Assembly: GCA_004195325.1 (NCBI GenBank)
Contig: SDWO01000054.1
Span: 1 to 26,309 of the forward strand
Source of the DNA: Candidatus Izemoplasma acidinucleici
Lineage (GTDB): Bacteria; Bacillota_I; Bacilli_A; Izemoplasmatales; Izemoplasmataceae
Length of the DNA stretch: 26,309 nt
Reading direction: 5' to 3'
Position numbers and translations under genes: made by a program. Positions 1 through 8,920 of the stretch are shown piece by piece; positions within the stretch are counted from its first letter, which is position 1; each line of letters opens with the position of its first letter. Below the pieces are notes generated by a model that saw nothing but the letters and a program-made list of their open reading frames with translations, did not search any database and was not told the DNA's origin.

Positions 1-27
1 AAATACTCTTTTATACATAATTGCCTC

Positions 28-933
28 CTATGATTCTTCTTGATTTGAACGAGGATGAAACTCGTTATATACATCTTGAAGTTGTTTTTTTGATATATGG
101 GTATATATTTGTGTTGTTGAGATGTCTTCATGTCCTAATAGTTCTTGTACCATACGCAAGTTAACACCATTTTCAAGTAAATGTGATGCGTAGCTATGAC
201 GTAATGTATGAGGACTAATATCTTTCATGATTCCTGCCCTGAACGCTATCTTTTTAAGTGTTTTGTATAATCCTACTCGAGACATTGAACTTCCTCTGTT
301 ATTAACAAAGACGATATCTCCTGGGATCTTTTTAAGGATACTTCTTCCTTCTTCTAAATACTTCTTCAATGCGTGTTGTGCTTCTTCCCCTAAGGGAACA
401 ATGCGTTCTTTGTTTCCTTTACCAATAATATTTATGAATCCCATATTGATGTGTAGGTCTTGAAGTCTGAGTGATAGTAACTCTGTCACTCGTAGACCAC
501 ATCCATATAGAAGTTCTAACATTGCCTTATTTCTTTGTTCTAAAGGTTCATCTCCGTCAGCTGCGATGATTAAAGCTTCCACTTCATCAATACTTAATGT
601 GATTGGGAGTCTGAGTTCTTTTTTAGGTAAACTAATACCGGTCGCAACGTTTCCGCTAACTAGTTTTTCTAGGAGTAAATATTTATGAAAGCTTCTTATC
701 GCACTTACTTTTCTAGAAATGGAACTGTTTGTGTTTTGTTTTCTTTTTAACCGTCCGATAAAGTTCCTGATGTGCTGTTTTGTGATGATGTTAGGATCTT
801 TGATTAGATAGTTCTTTGCTAAGAATATAACATATTCATTTAAGTCAGTAACATAACTCTTGATTGTATTTGTGCTTAAATTTTTTGTTATTTTTAAGTA
901 GTATTCATATTCTTTGAGTAACCTCTTTAACAT
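28..933 (-). CDS. xerD: Tyrosine site-specific recombinase XerD (chromosome dimer resolution)
   Basis: 301 aa. The C-terminal catalytic block reads 'HTLRHSYASHLLENGVNLRMVQELLGHEDISTTQIYTH', carrying the R..H..R..Y tyrosine-recombinase signature and a XerD-type tail. The N-terminal phage-integrase SAM-like domain is present. ATG at 933; the TAG stop is at 28-30. Start is 1 nt downstream of the hemW stop, with a GGAGGGA SD inside the hemW 3' end. Confidence 0.85.
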   Translation of the reverse strand: MLKRLLKEYEYYLKITKNLSTNTIKSYVTDLNEYVIFLAKNYLIKDPNIITKQHIRNFIGRLKRKQNTNSSISRKVSAIRSFHKYLLLEKLVSGNVATGISLPKKELRLPITLSIDEVEALIIAADGDEPLEQRNKAMLELLYGCGLRVTELLSLRLQDLHINMGFINIIGKGNKERIVPLGEEAQHALKKYLEEGRSILKKIPGDIVFVNNRGSSMSRVGLYKTLKKIAFRAGIMKDISPHTLRHSYASHLLENGVNLRMVQELLGHEDISTTQIYTHISKKQLQDVYNEFHPRSNQEES

Positions 934-934
934 G

Positions 935-2050
935 TCATCCCTCCATCACTGCCATAAACACAACGTTTCCAACTAGTAATCCTTTTGTTGTAAACTTGAG
1001 TTTATTATTTATAAGTTCTAGGTATCCATCTGTTAGGTATTGCTTTAATAACGGATACTTGTTAAGTAAGTCTATATTATACTTTTCATTTATTTGTTTA
1101 ATGTTAATACCTTCAAGTAAACGAAGACCCATCATTACTTCATCTTCTATTTCAAAGCGCTCATATTCTTCTTTATAAGGTGTATTAGAAGAAACACCTT
1201 CTATATATCTTCTAACGTTAGAAACGTTATTGAATCTCTTGTTACCGATTAAACTGTGTGCTCCACTACCGAGACCTATGTAGTCTTTATTGGTCCAGTA
1301 GGTAATATTATGAATCGATTGGTGATTGTCTTTACTGAAGTTACTTATTTCGTAATGGTTGAAGCCTTGTTTTGTTAATGCATCAATTACTCTTAAGTAC
1401 ATTTTTGCCTCAACGTCTTGATCTTTGATCGTTACTTTGTTTTGCTTTACGAGTTGATACAAGATTGATTTTTCTTCTAAAATCAGACTGTAGTAGGATA
1501 TATGCTTGATATCTTGCTTTAAAACAAATTCTATATCCTCTTCTAGTTGTTTCATTGTTTGATTTGGGATATTAAAGATCATATCGATGCTTATATTGGT
1601 TATACCTAAACTTCTTAGGTATTTAATGGCGTTTGTAATGTCACTTTTTTTATGAGTTCTTCTTAAATAAGTAAGATTCTCAGGATTAATTGTTTGAACA
1701 CCCATGCTTACTCTGTTTATATTGTACTTTTTGAATAGGGTTGCGTATTCAATTGTTATGTCGTCGGGGTTTACTTCTATAGTATATTCAATTACGCTCT
1801 TTGTTTCAATGACACTAGACAGTGTTTTAAAAAGTCGTTCTAGGTCTTTGATACTATAGTTACTTGGTGTTCCACCACCGATATATATTGTCTTAACATT
1901 TTTGATTGAATCGCCGACTTCTATGATTTCAGATATTAAGGCATTTAAGTATGCTTTTTTCTTCTCTAAAGTTGCGACTTCTTTGTGAAAGTCGCAATAA
2001 GTACATATGTGTTTACAAAATGGTATGTGGATGTATAGGGAAGTTAACAT
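935..2050 (-). CDS. hemW: Radical-SAM heme chaperone HemW (HemN-like, oxygen-independent coproporphyrinogen-III oxidase family)
   Basis: 371 aa. N-terminus 'LYIHIPFCKHICTYCDF' carries the CxxxCxxC radical-SAM cluster motif in a HemN/HemW context. A HemN C-terminal domain is present. ATG at 2050 with AAAGGA SD; TGA stop at 935-937. Position downstream of lepA matches the conserved Bacillales lepA-hemN neighbourhood. Confidence 0.85.
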   Translation of the reverse strand: MLTSLYIHIPFCKHICTYCDFHKEVATLEKKKAYLNALISEIIEVGDSIKNVKTIYIGGGTPSNYSIKDLERLFKTLSSVIETKSVIEYTIEVNPDDITIEYATLFKKYNINRVSMGVQTINPENLTYLRRTHKKSDITNAIKYLRSLGITNISIDMIFNIPNQTMKQLEEDIEFVLKQDIKHISYYSLILEEKSILYQLVKQNKVTIKDQDVEAKMYLRVIDALTKQGFNHYEISNFSKDNHQSIHNITYWTNKDYIGLGSGAHSLIGNKRFNNVSNVRRYIEGVSSNTPYKEEYERFEIEDEVMMGLRLLEGINIKQINEKYNIDLLNKYPLLKQYLTDGYLELINNKLKFTTKGLLVGNVVFMAVMEG

Positions 2051-2110
2051 AATATCAAATCCTTTAATTATATTGTACCATATTATTATGTAATGAATTG
2101 ACTAAATGCA

Positions 2111-2145
2111 AAAAAAAAACGAGTTTTTACACTCGTTTTTTAGTT
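2111..2145. terminator. Bidirectional rho-independent terminator (ends the floT operon, insulates hemW)
   Basis: A-run, then hairpin aaaacgagt-ttttac-actcgtttt, then a T-run on the plus strand. Revcomp gives the same for the minus strand, immediately after the floT stop at 2145. Confidence 0.7.
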
Positions 2146-3542
2146 TACTTCTTTGCTTCTTTTTTTGGTACTGATTGTACTGGTTCTTTGTCTTTACCTT
2201 GTAAGATACCAGGTAAATTCATTCCAGCCATTTCAAATACGTTTTCTAGAGGTGGTAATGATTTTAACATTCCACTTAAGAAGTTAGCAGTTGTTGGTGT
2301 ACCGTCTCCACTTGAAGCTCCTGTATCCCATACTGTAACTTTATCAATGTTGATTCCTTTAATAGCTTCAACTTGTTTTTCAACGATTACTTCTAATTTG
2401 TCAGCGATCATATAGCTAATTGCCTTGTCTGCATCTCCACCAGCTGCTTTAACAAGATGTTGGAACCCATCAGCTTGCTTAGTAAGGATTTCATTCAATC
2501 CGTCAGCTTGTGCTTTCATTTTGTAGAAAATTGCATCTGCTTGTGATTTAGCTTCTAATCTTACTTTGTCAGCTTCAGCTTCGGCAGCGATTACTGCTTT
2601 TTGTTTTTCGATTTGTGCTTTTACGATTTCATTTGCTTCTCTTGTAGCACGTTCTTTTTCAGCACGTTTAACTTCTGCTTCACGTTCCGCTTCATATGCT
2701 TCAGTTAATGCGTTCGCTGCTTGTACTTTTTCGGCAGCTGTTGCTGTACGATCAGCTTCTGCTTCACGTTCACGACGTAATGCTTCTGAATTAGCAATAG
2801 TAACTCTTGCTTCATTCTCACCTTGTACTGCATTTGAGTTCGCTTTTGATACGTTTACACGTTCATCACGTTGTGCGTTTGCTTCACCAATAGCACCATC
2901 ACGGTTTTTCTCAGCAACTGTACGACGAGCATCATTGATTGCTTTCGCTGCTGCTTCTTTACCTAATGCTTCGATATATTGTGATTCATCTCTAATATCT
3001 GTAACATTAACATTGATTAATTTTAATCCGATTTTTTTCAATTCTTGATCCACGTTTTTAGAAACGTTCATTAAGAATTTATCACGGTCACTGTTAATTT
3101 CCTCAATATCCATTGTTGCGATTACTAAACGTAATTGCCCGAATAAGATATCTTTAGCTAATTCTTTGATTGCATCATGTGTTAATCCTAGTAAACGTTC
3201 TGCAGCATTTTGCATGATTCCAGGTTCAGTTGATATTGCTACTGTAAACCTTGAAGGTACATCTACACGGATATTTTGTTTAGATAATGCGTTTGTTAAG
3301 TTAATTTCGATACTCATAGGTGTTAAATCAAGATATTTAAAATCTTGAATGATTGGAATAATAAATTTAGCCCCACCATGTATACATTTTGCACTTCTTG
3401 TTCCACCTTCAGTACCTTTACCTACACTACCATAAATAACTAAAATCTTGTCCGATGGACATTTACGATATCTCGATAATACTACAGCAACTACCACTAC
3501 TAATACAGCAGCGATAATCATTACGATTGTTCCAATTCCCAT
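2145..3542 (-). CDS. floT: Flotillin-like SPFH/band-7 protein FloT (YuaG homolog)
   Basis: 465 aa. It has an N-terminal TM helix, an SPFH domain, a long Ala/Glu-rich coiled-coil (EA-repeat) region typical of flotillins, and a C-terminal tail. Strong SD AAGGAGG 8 nt upstream of ATG 3542. Lies downstream of an NfeD gene, as in B. subtilis yuaF-floT. Confidence 0.9.
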   Translation of the reverse strand: MGIGTIVMIIAAVLVVVVAVVLSRYRKCPSDKILVIYGSVGKGTEGGTRSAKCIHGGAKFIIPIIQDFKYLDLTPMSIEINLTNALSKQNIRVDVPSRFTVAISTEPGIMQNAAERLLGLTHDAIKELAKDILFGQLRLVIATMDIEEINSDRDKFLMNVSKNVDQELKKIGLKLINVNVTDIRDESQYIEALGKEAAAKAINDARRTVAEKNRDGAIGEANAQRDERVNVSKANSNAVQGENEARVTIANSEALRREREAEADRTATAAEKVQAANALTEAYEAEREAEVKRAEKERATREANEIVKAQIEKQKAVIAAEAEADKVRLEAKSQADAIFYKMKAQADGLNEILTKQADGFQHLVKAAGGDADKAISYMIADKLEVIVEKQVEAIKGINIDKVTVWDTGASSGDGTPTTANFLSGMLKSLPPLENVFEMAGMNLPGILQGKDKEPVQSVPKKEAKK

Positions 3543-3554
3543 TTTACTTCCTCC

Positions 3555-4205
3555 TTATTTTATCTCTTCAACCACTAAGATATTCTTTCTTACTTCAATA
3601 ACCTTAACTTTTTTTCCAGTTTCAATTTCTGTGTCATAGGCCATTGCGTCTAAGGTTCTTAGTGAATCTCCAACTACGATTTGAACTTGTCCTGTACCTT
3701 GTCCACTCATTGGTATCTTAAAGTACACAGTTCCTGTTTTGTTGATTGTACTTGCGAACTTGAATGTTCCTGTTGATTCTAATTTGTATAAATAATGTAT
3801 CGCTACTGCGATTAGGACCATCATTATTGTCCCGGCAATTATAGCAAATAAGAATACAAGCCATGGATTTAATCCAGCGTTTGTATATATGTATCCGGTC
3901 CATCCGAATAGCATAAAGAATCCAAGTACGGTTCTAAATGTAAGTAAATGGAATGTTGCTCTTCCACTTGTAATGATATTTGAGTCTTCATCAACACCGA
4001 AATCCTCGTCGATATCAAAGTCCTCGTCAACGTCCATATCAAAGTCTTCATCAATATCAATGTCTACGTCTTCATCAAAATCAGAATCACTATCTAATAG
4101 GTTACCAACTAACGCTAATACTGATTGTAAAGCGAAAAAAGTTGTAAAACCTACTGCGATTCCAAAGTATATATTTGGTACTGAATCAATAAATGCAAGT
4201 ATCAT
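3555..4205 (-). CDS. nfeD: NfeD-family membrane protein (YuaF-like flotillin partner) with an acidic low-complexity insert
   Basis: 216 aa. TM segments are followed by a C-terminal OB-fold-like beta domain ('VYFKIPMSGQGTGQVQIVVGD...KVKVIEVRKNILVVEEI'). Operonic and 12 nt upstream of floT. Contains a ~40-aa D/E-rich repeat DSDSDFDEDVDIDIDEDFDMDVDEDFDIDEDFGVDED. Confidence 0.8.
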   Translation of the reverse strand: MILAFIDSVPNIYFGIAVGFTTFFALQSVLALVGNLLDSDSDFDEDVDIDIDEDFDMDVDEDFDIDEDFGVDEDSNIITSGRATFHLLTFRTVLGFFMLFGWTGYIYTNAGLNPWLVFLFAIIAGTIMMVLIAVAIHYLYKLESTGTFKFASTINKTGTVYFKIPMSGQGTGQVQIVVGDSLRTLDAMAYDTEIETGKKVKVIEVRKNILVVEEIK

Positions 4206-4225
4206 ACGACCACTTCCCTTTTCTT

Positions 4226-4262
4226 ACTTACTACACTATTATAACACATATTCTGTGACACA
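4226..4262 (-). promoter_or_regulatory. Putative sigma-A promoter of the nfeD-floT operon (extended -10 TGTTATAAT)
   Basis: Minus-strand reading ...ttgtgtcacagaatatgTGTTATAATagtg..., about 25 nt upstream of an AAGGGAAG SD and ATG 4205. Confidence 0.35.
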
Positions 4263-4289
4263 AAATGACAGATTTGTCTTTTTTAGAAA

Positions 4290-4320
4290 AAGAAAAAAGC
4301 CCTTCATAAAGGGCTTTTAT
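4290..4320 (-). terminator. Rho-independent terminator of lepA (bidirectional capacity)
   Basis: Hairpin aagccctt-cata-aagggctt lies directly after the lepA TAA stop at 4320-4322. On the minus strand it is followed by the T-run ttttttctttttc. Confidence 0.75.
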
Positions 4321-6149
4321 TAATCATTCAATTTTAAAACACTCAGGAAAGCTTCTTGTGGTATTTCTACACTACCAATCGCCTTCATTTTTTTCTTACC
4401 TTTTTTCTGTTTATCAAGTAGCTTACGTTTACGTGAAATATCTCCACCATAACACTTAGCTAGTACGTTCTTACGCATTGCGCTGATTGTACTTCTTGCG
4501 ATAATTTTTTGTCCAATCGCAGCTTGAATCGGTACTTCAAACATATGACGAGGAATAATCTCTTTCAATTTCTCTGTCATTGCTTTTCCTCTTTTAAAGG
4601 CGAAGTCTGTGTAAACAATCATGCTTAATGCATCTACTATTTCAGCATTAAGTAAGATATCCATTTTAACTAATTTTGATTCTCTGTAATCACTTATTTC
4701 ATAATCAAAACTAGCGTAACCTTTACTTCCACTTTTCAAACGATCAAAGAAATCATATACGATTTCTAATAACGGTAAATCATAACTTAACTGAACACGA
4801 CTGTCACTCAAGTAAGTCATTCCACCAAATATCCCACGTTTATACTGACATAATTCCATGATGTTTCCAACATATTCCTCTGGAGTCATGATTGTCGCTT
4901 TAACGAAAGGTTCTTTGATGTGATCTATTTTCTGAGGTTCTGGTAAATCACAAGGATTATCAATAGTCATCATTGTTTCATCGGTTAAGTATACTTCATA
5001 TATAACACTAGGCGCAGTTGCGATCATTGGGATGTTAAATTCACGTTCAATACGTTCCTGGATGATTTCCATGTGTAATAATCCTAAGAATCCTGTTCTA
5101 AATCCAAATCCAAGTGCTTGGCTGCTTTCAGGTTCATATACTAATGATGCATCATTTAGTTTAAGTTTATCTAATGCTTCTCTTAATTCGTTATATTGCC
5201 CGTTATCAATTGGGAACAACCCGCAAAATACAACAGGGTTCATTTTTCTGTATCCAGGAAGTGGTATATCCGCTCTTGGAACTGAAGTAATGGTATCACC
5301 AACACGTACATCTCCAACAGCTTTAATCGACGCAGTTAAATATCCTACATCTCCAGGTCCTAAGTATTCTTTTTTCAATTCCGTAGGAGTTGTTACTCCT
5401 ACTTCAAGTACTTCATATTTAGCGTTGGTAGCCATCATTTCAATGATGTCTCCCTTTTTAATTGTTCCTTGCATTACTCTGATTGAAGGAATGATTCCTC
5501 TGTAAGCTTCAAAATATGAATCAAAGATCAATGCTTGAAGCGGTGCTTCAGGATCTCCTAGAGGGGAAGGTACTAATTCTACTACTTGATCAAGTATTTC
5601 CTTAATTCCAATACCTTGTTTGGCTGAAGCAAGTACTGCGTTTGATGTATCAAGACCAATGATATCTTCAATTTCTTGTTTTACTTTTTCAGGATCAGCT
5701 GAAGGTAAATCAATTTTATTAATAAGTGGTAAGATTTCTAAATCATTGTCTAATGCCAAATAAACATTAGCTAATGTTTGTGCTTCAATACCTTGCGCTG
5801 CATCTACGACTAATATTGCTCCCTCGCAAGCTGCTAGGCTTCGTGAAACTTCATAGGTAAAGTCGACATGCCCAGGCGTGTCGATTAAATGTAATATATA
5901 TTCTTCATTTTCGTCATTTATGTATACAATTTCTACGGCATTCAACTTGATTGTAATTCCGCGTTCACGTTCTAAGTCCATACTATCCAGTAGTTGAGCT
6001 TTCATATCACGTAATGTAACGGTTCTTGTGAATTCTAAGATACGATCTGCTAATGTCGATTTACCGTGATCAATATGAGCGATGATACTAAAGTTTCTTA
6101 TTCTCTTTTGGCGTTCTTTGATTTTCTTAAAGTCTAGTTTTTTACTCAT
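4320..6149 (-). CDS. lepA: Elongation factor 4 (LepA, ribosomal back-translocase GTPase)
   Basis: 609 aa. '[20 protein letters not shown]' is the G1 motif and 'DTPGHVDF' the G3 motif. EF-G-like domains and the LepA-specific C-terminal domain are present. AGGAGG SD; ATG at 6149. Confidence 0.95.
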   Translation of the reverse strand: MSKKLDFKKIKERQKRIRNFSIIAHIDHGKSTLADRILEFTRTVTLRDMKAQLLDSMDLERERGITIKLNAVEIVYINDENEEYILHLIDTPGHVDFTYEVSRSLAACEGAILVVDAAQGIEAQTLANVYLALDNDLEILPLINKIDLPSADPEKVKQEIEDIIGLDTSNAVLASAKQGIGIKEILDQVVELVPSPLGDPEAPLQALIFDSYFEAYRGIIPSIRVMQGTIKKGDIIEMMATNAKYEVLEVGVTTPTELKKEYLGPGDVGYLTASIKAVGDVRVGDTITSVPRADIPLPGYRKMNPVVFCGLFPIDNGQYNELREALDKLKLNDASLVYEPESSQALGFGFRTGFLGLLHMEIIQERIEREFNIPMIATAPSVIYEVYLTDETMMTIDNPCDLPEPQKIDHIKEPFVKATIMTPEEYVGNIMELCQYKRGIFGGMTYLSDSRVQLSYDLPLLEIVYDFFDRLKSGSKGYASFDYEISDYRESKLVKMDILLNAEIVDALSMIVYTDFAFKRGKAMTEKLKEIIPRHMFEVPIQAAIGQKIIARSTISAMRKNVLAKCYGGDISRKRKLLDKQKKGKKKMKAIGSVEIPQEAFLSVLKLND

Positions 6150-6167
6150 ATAATCACCTCCTATTTA

Positions 6168-6212
6168 GTGCTAATTCATTTTACATTAAATTGCTTTTAA
6201 AATCAATAGTTA
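6168..6212 (-). promoter_or_regulatory. Putative lepA promoter (-35 TTGATT, 17-bp spacer, -10 TAAAAT preceded by TG)
   Basis: Minus-strand reading ctaTTGATTttaaaagcaatttaaTGTAAAATgaattagcactaaatAGGAGGtgattatATG. Confidence 0.3.
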
Positions 6213-6226
6213 AAGCCAAATTACGT

Positions 6227-6925
6227 CTATCTTGTGAAGACTAATGTGGTTTCATTACTTAATTCAATGTTATATAGATACTGTTCCTTGTTAAAAGTCA
6301 TTAATTCATTGATATCTTTGATTTTATGTTTGATCATATAATCAAGAAATATCCCTCTTGCTTGTTTACTGTATGTTGCTTGGTTTATGTATTTATCTTC
6401 CTTCTTTTGGAGGAAAGAGATATTTATCATTGTGCTACTTATAATTAACTTACTAAATTCCTCACTTGCTAGATTAATGATTACTTCTTCTTTAAAGTAA
6501 GGACTTATATTCCAGTGGGTATATAGATTAAGACCTATTTTCATTTTCATATCTAGACGATACTTCTTGATCATAGTCCCTGGTTCTAATATTCCATAAG
6601 ACGCATCTAAGATTCTTAAATGGTTTTTGATGTATGTGTATTCTTCTTGTTTATAGCTGTTTTTATCTAGTCCTTTAAAGACTAAGCCATTAAAGCTGAA
6701 AAACGCTTTAAATGAAGGATTATGATTGTAATTCTTGATATTAGAATATGTATCATCAAGTAATTGCTTATCAATCTTCATAATTCGTTTGATATCTTCT
6801 TTTGCTAGTTTTTTAAGCATTGATAATACTTTCTTATGTTCTTTTGGATACAAGATTTCTTGTTCTTCTAAGTAATCACTGTGTGTAATCTTTTGTGTTT
6901 TACTTGGAGATATAATAATCTTCAT
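6227..6925 (-). CDS. yaaA: YaaA-family peroxide stress protein (UPF0246/DUF328)
   Basis: 232 aa. N-terminus 'MKIIISPSKTQ' matches the hallmark YaaA start (MLILISPAKTLD-like). Length and overall pattern fit the family. ATG at 6925. Confidence 0.75.
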   Translation of the reverse strand: MKIIISPSKTQKITHSDYLEEQEILYPKEHKKVLSMLKKLAKEDIKRIMKIDKQLLDDTYSNIKNYNHNPSFKAFFSFNGLVFKGLDKNSYKQEEYTYIKNHLRILDASYGILEPGTMIKKYRLDMKMKIGLNLYTHWNISPYFKEEVIINLASEEFSKLIISSTMINISFLQKKEDKYINQATYSKQARGIFLDYMIKHKIKDINELMTFNKEQYLYNIELSNETTLVFTR

Positions 6926-6982
6926 TAAATCACCTCATATACATTATATAGTATGTTATAATATTTTAGTAGAGGTGATAGT

Positions 6983-7315
6983 ATGAATTTATACTTTATT
7001 AGTGATTGGTATTTAAATAAGATGGATGATAACAAATTCAAAGAAATTTGGGAACGAAAATATATTCGAGGAGCAAAGCGAGTAATAAGTATTAGTTTCT
7101 TGTTATATATACTTGTATTGTTACAGTTAACAGTTATGGTTAGCGGTGGAACAAACTGGTTTATTGCTGTTTTATTCTTCTTCTCGTTCGGATTTATGTT
7201 TGGAGTTTTTGTCTTGTTTAACTATTTACGTTTTATGGCTAGACAGAATACGAGATACTTTCTAATAATGTCTGGGACAAATAGCGATATCAATTACGAC
7301 AATGTAGTAGGGTAA
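6983..7315 (+). CDS. Hypothetical small membrane protein (2 predicted TM helices)
   Basis: 110 aa. AGAGGTGA SD sits 6 nt upstream of ATG 6983. Two hydrophobic helices. Ends at a bidirectional terminator. Confidence 0.55.
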   Translation: MNLYFISDWYLNKMDDNKFKEIWERKYIRGAKRVISISFLLYILVLLQLTVMVSGGTNWFIAVLFFFSFGFMFGVFVLFNYLRFMARQNTRYFLIMSGTNSDINYDNVVG

Positions 7316-7320
7316 AATAA

Positions 7321-7349
7321 AAAAGAGCCAAATGGCTCTTTTTTTTATT
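7321..7349. terminator. Bidirectional rho-independent terminator shared by the convergent genes 6983..7315 (+) and 7345..8829 (-)
   Basis: aaaaagagcca-aa-tggctcttttttttatt has a perfect 8-bp stem flanked by A-run and T-run. Confidence 0.7.
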
Positions 7350-8829
7350 CTTCTGTTCTATGTAATGCGAAGAATTCTTCGAATTTAGTTACGTCTACAG
7401 TAATTGTATTAGCGTTTAGATCAGTTACACTTCTAGATTGAACTGCTTGTGCTCTAGAATGTAATTTTAATCGCCCAGCAACTTTACCTTTTAATTTAGG
7501 TTTAAGAAATTGGAAGACTAATTTTTCATTCTCGCGATAGCAAATAACTGAATTAGTTCTTGTTTTAAATGAGATTTTAGGTACAATAATTTTCTCTTTA
7601 ACTTTTTTGGATATTACTTTTTCCTTATTAGTTTTTTTATCAAGGACAGTTTCCTCAAGAGTTTTTGTAACTGACTTTGTTACTTCTTTCTCGTATATGA
7701 ACTCAGCATCAACGATAAACGTATTTCCGTGTTCAATTGTTCTTTGAAGTCTAATTGATTTTAGAAAATCGTTTTTGCTACCTTCATAGTTTTTAGGAAA
7801 TTGATCGATATTATATTCATTGATAATCTCTTCGAATTCATAACGTCCCTTGTCACCTTCTGTTTTTTCAACTTCAAAACATTTATTAAGGAATTTCTGA
7901 TAGATAGAAACAAACTCACTAACAGGTACATAATCAGGCTCTTTTTCCTTATTATCATCAATTAGATTTTGAGCTTTTCCAAGTTCTATGTTTCTTGTAT
8001 TGATTACTTGATCGTCATACGTTTTATTAAGTTCATCGGTTGCTTTTTTATGTTGTTCTTTTAATGTTTTAGTGTCTAGTTTATGTTGTAATGATAATTG
8101 ATATAATGCATCTTTATCCTCTTTGCTTATTTTGCTTCTTGCTACTTTTTGTAAAGAAAATAAATCGTTAGTTTCAGTTTTTTGTTTTGCCTTTAAAATT
8201 TTATAGTGACCCTTGAACACACCATTTTGCTCTTTAAGTTTTATAAATAGTAATTGTCCAATAGAGTCGTTTTGTTCTTTTGTTAATTCAATCTTTTCAG
8301 GTCTGTTGCCTTCTCTAAGATTAGGTTGCAATGAAAGTACTAATATTTCTTTTGCCTCTCTAAGTGTTTGGTAATGAGATGCACGTTGTAAGTAATAGGC
8401 ATTATGAACACTTTTCAAGAACAATAAAAACCATAAAGCGATTAATATATAGTTCAGGTTTGTGAATTTACTAAAGAATAGTACCGGTAGGAATATATAG
8501 ATTGCTTCTTTTGAAATTAATTGAGAAGGTTTCACTTCGTAACCGTAATAATCAACTGTTTGTAGATTGAATAATAGTTTACCTATTGATCTCCCGTTTT
8601 TTCTTAATGGGATGTAGTATCTTATAAAGTAATTAATAACAACAAAAAATAAACTTCCGGTAATTGTTGCTTTAAACCAGTTGTAATCTGATGTGTTAAA
8701 AATTGGGAATAAGATGTTAATAAGTAATAGTAATGTTATTGCGTAAATTAAGACATCTACAAGGTCTGCTTTCAGTTTTTGTGAGTTCCTCGGTTTCAAC
8801 GTATCTATACGCTCTGATAATTTTTCCAT
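7345..8829 (-). CDS. RDD-family membrane protein fused to a ~350-aa charged/coiled-coil cytoplasmic extension, function unknown
   Basis: The N-terminal ~150 aa carry the RDD-family pattern (R...ADLVDVLIY..., RSIGKLLFNLQTVD) with 3 TM helices. The rest is K/E-rich and predicted soluble. The ORF track starts at 8847 with no SD. The in-frame ATG at 8829 (MEKLSERIDTL) has an AAAGGAAG SD, so that start is used here (494 aa). Confidence 0.6.
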   Translation of the reverse strand: MEKLSERIDTLKPRNSQKLKADLVDVLIYAITLLLLINILFPIFNTSDYNWFKATITGSLFFVVINYFIRYYIPLRKNGRSIGKLLFNLQTVDYYGYEVKPSQLISKEAIYIFLPVLFFSKFTNLNYILIALWFLLFLKSVHNAYYLQRASHYQTLREAKEILVLSLQPNLREGNRPEKIELTKEQNDSIGQLLFIKLKEQNGVFKGHYKILKAKQKTETNDLFSLQKVARSKISKEDKDALYQLSLQHKLDTKTLKEQHKKATDELNKTYDDQVINTRNIELGKAQNLIDDNKEKEPDYVPVSEFVSIYQKFLNKCFEVEKTEGDKGRYEFEEIINEYNIDQFPKNYEGSKNDFLKSIRLQRTIEHGNTFIVDAEFIYEKEVTKSVTKTLEETVLDKKTNKEKVISKKVKEKIIVPKISFKTRTNSVICYRENEKLVFQFLKPKLKGKVAGRLKLHSRAQAVQSRSVTDLNANTITVDVTKFEEFFALHRTEE

Positions 8830-8844
8830 GTAAGCACTTCCTTT

Positions 8845-8878
8845 CATTGAGATTATATCATACTATAACGTTTTAGTA
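8845..8878 (-). promoter_or_regulatory. Putative promoter for the RDD-domain gene (-35 TTACTA, -10 TGaTATAAT)
   Basis: Minus-strand reading gtTTTACTAaaacgttatagtaTGATATAATctcaatgAAAGGAAGtgcttacATG. Confidence 0.35.
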
Positions 8879-8882
8879 AAAC

Positions 8883-8917
8883 AAAAAATAAAAGACACAA
8901 CGTTAGTTGTGTCTTTT
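8883..8917 (-). terminator. Rho-independent terminator of rnpB
   Basis: Perfect 11-bp stem aaagacacaac-gtta-gttgtgtcttt. On the minus strand it is followed by the T-run ttttattttttgt, immediately 3' of the RNase P RNA. Confidence 0.75.
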
Positions 8918-8920
8918 GTA

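Noticed and set aside
28-933. Tyrosine recombinase as a marker of an integrated mobile element or prophage boundary
   Set aside because: The sequence is XerD-type, with the LGHxxxxTTQIYTH tail. It is translationally coupled to hemW inside a conserved housekeeping block. There are no attachment-site repeats and no phage genes nearby.
2566-3048. 160-aa plus-strand ORF rich in Ala/Ser inside floT
   Set aside because: It is the antisense reading of the Ala/Glu-rich flotillin coiled-coil, where low-complexity GC-richer codons give a long open antisense frame. It has no SD and lies entirely within a high-confidence gene.
3889-4323. 144-aa plus-strand Ser-rich ORF spanning the nfeD 5' region, the promoter and the lepA terminator
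   Set aside because: It is the antisense reading of the D/E-repeat (Asp codons GAT/GAC read antisense as ATC/GTC, i.e. Ile/Ser-rich). It crosses a terminator and a promoter, so I take it as spurious.
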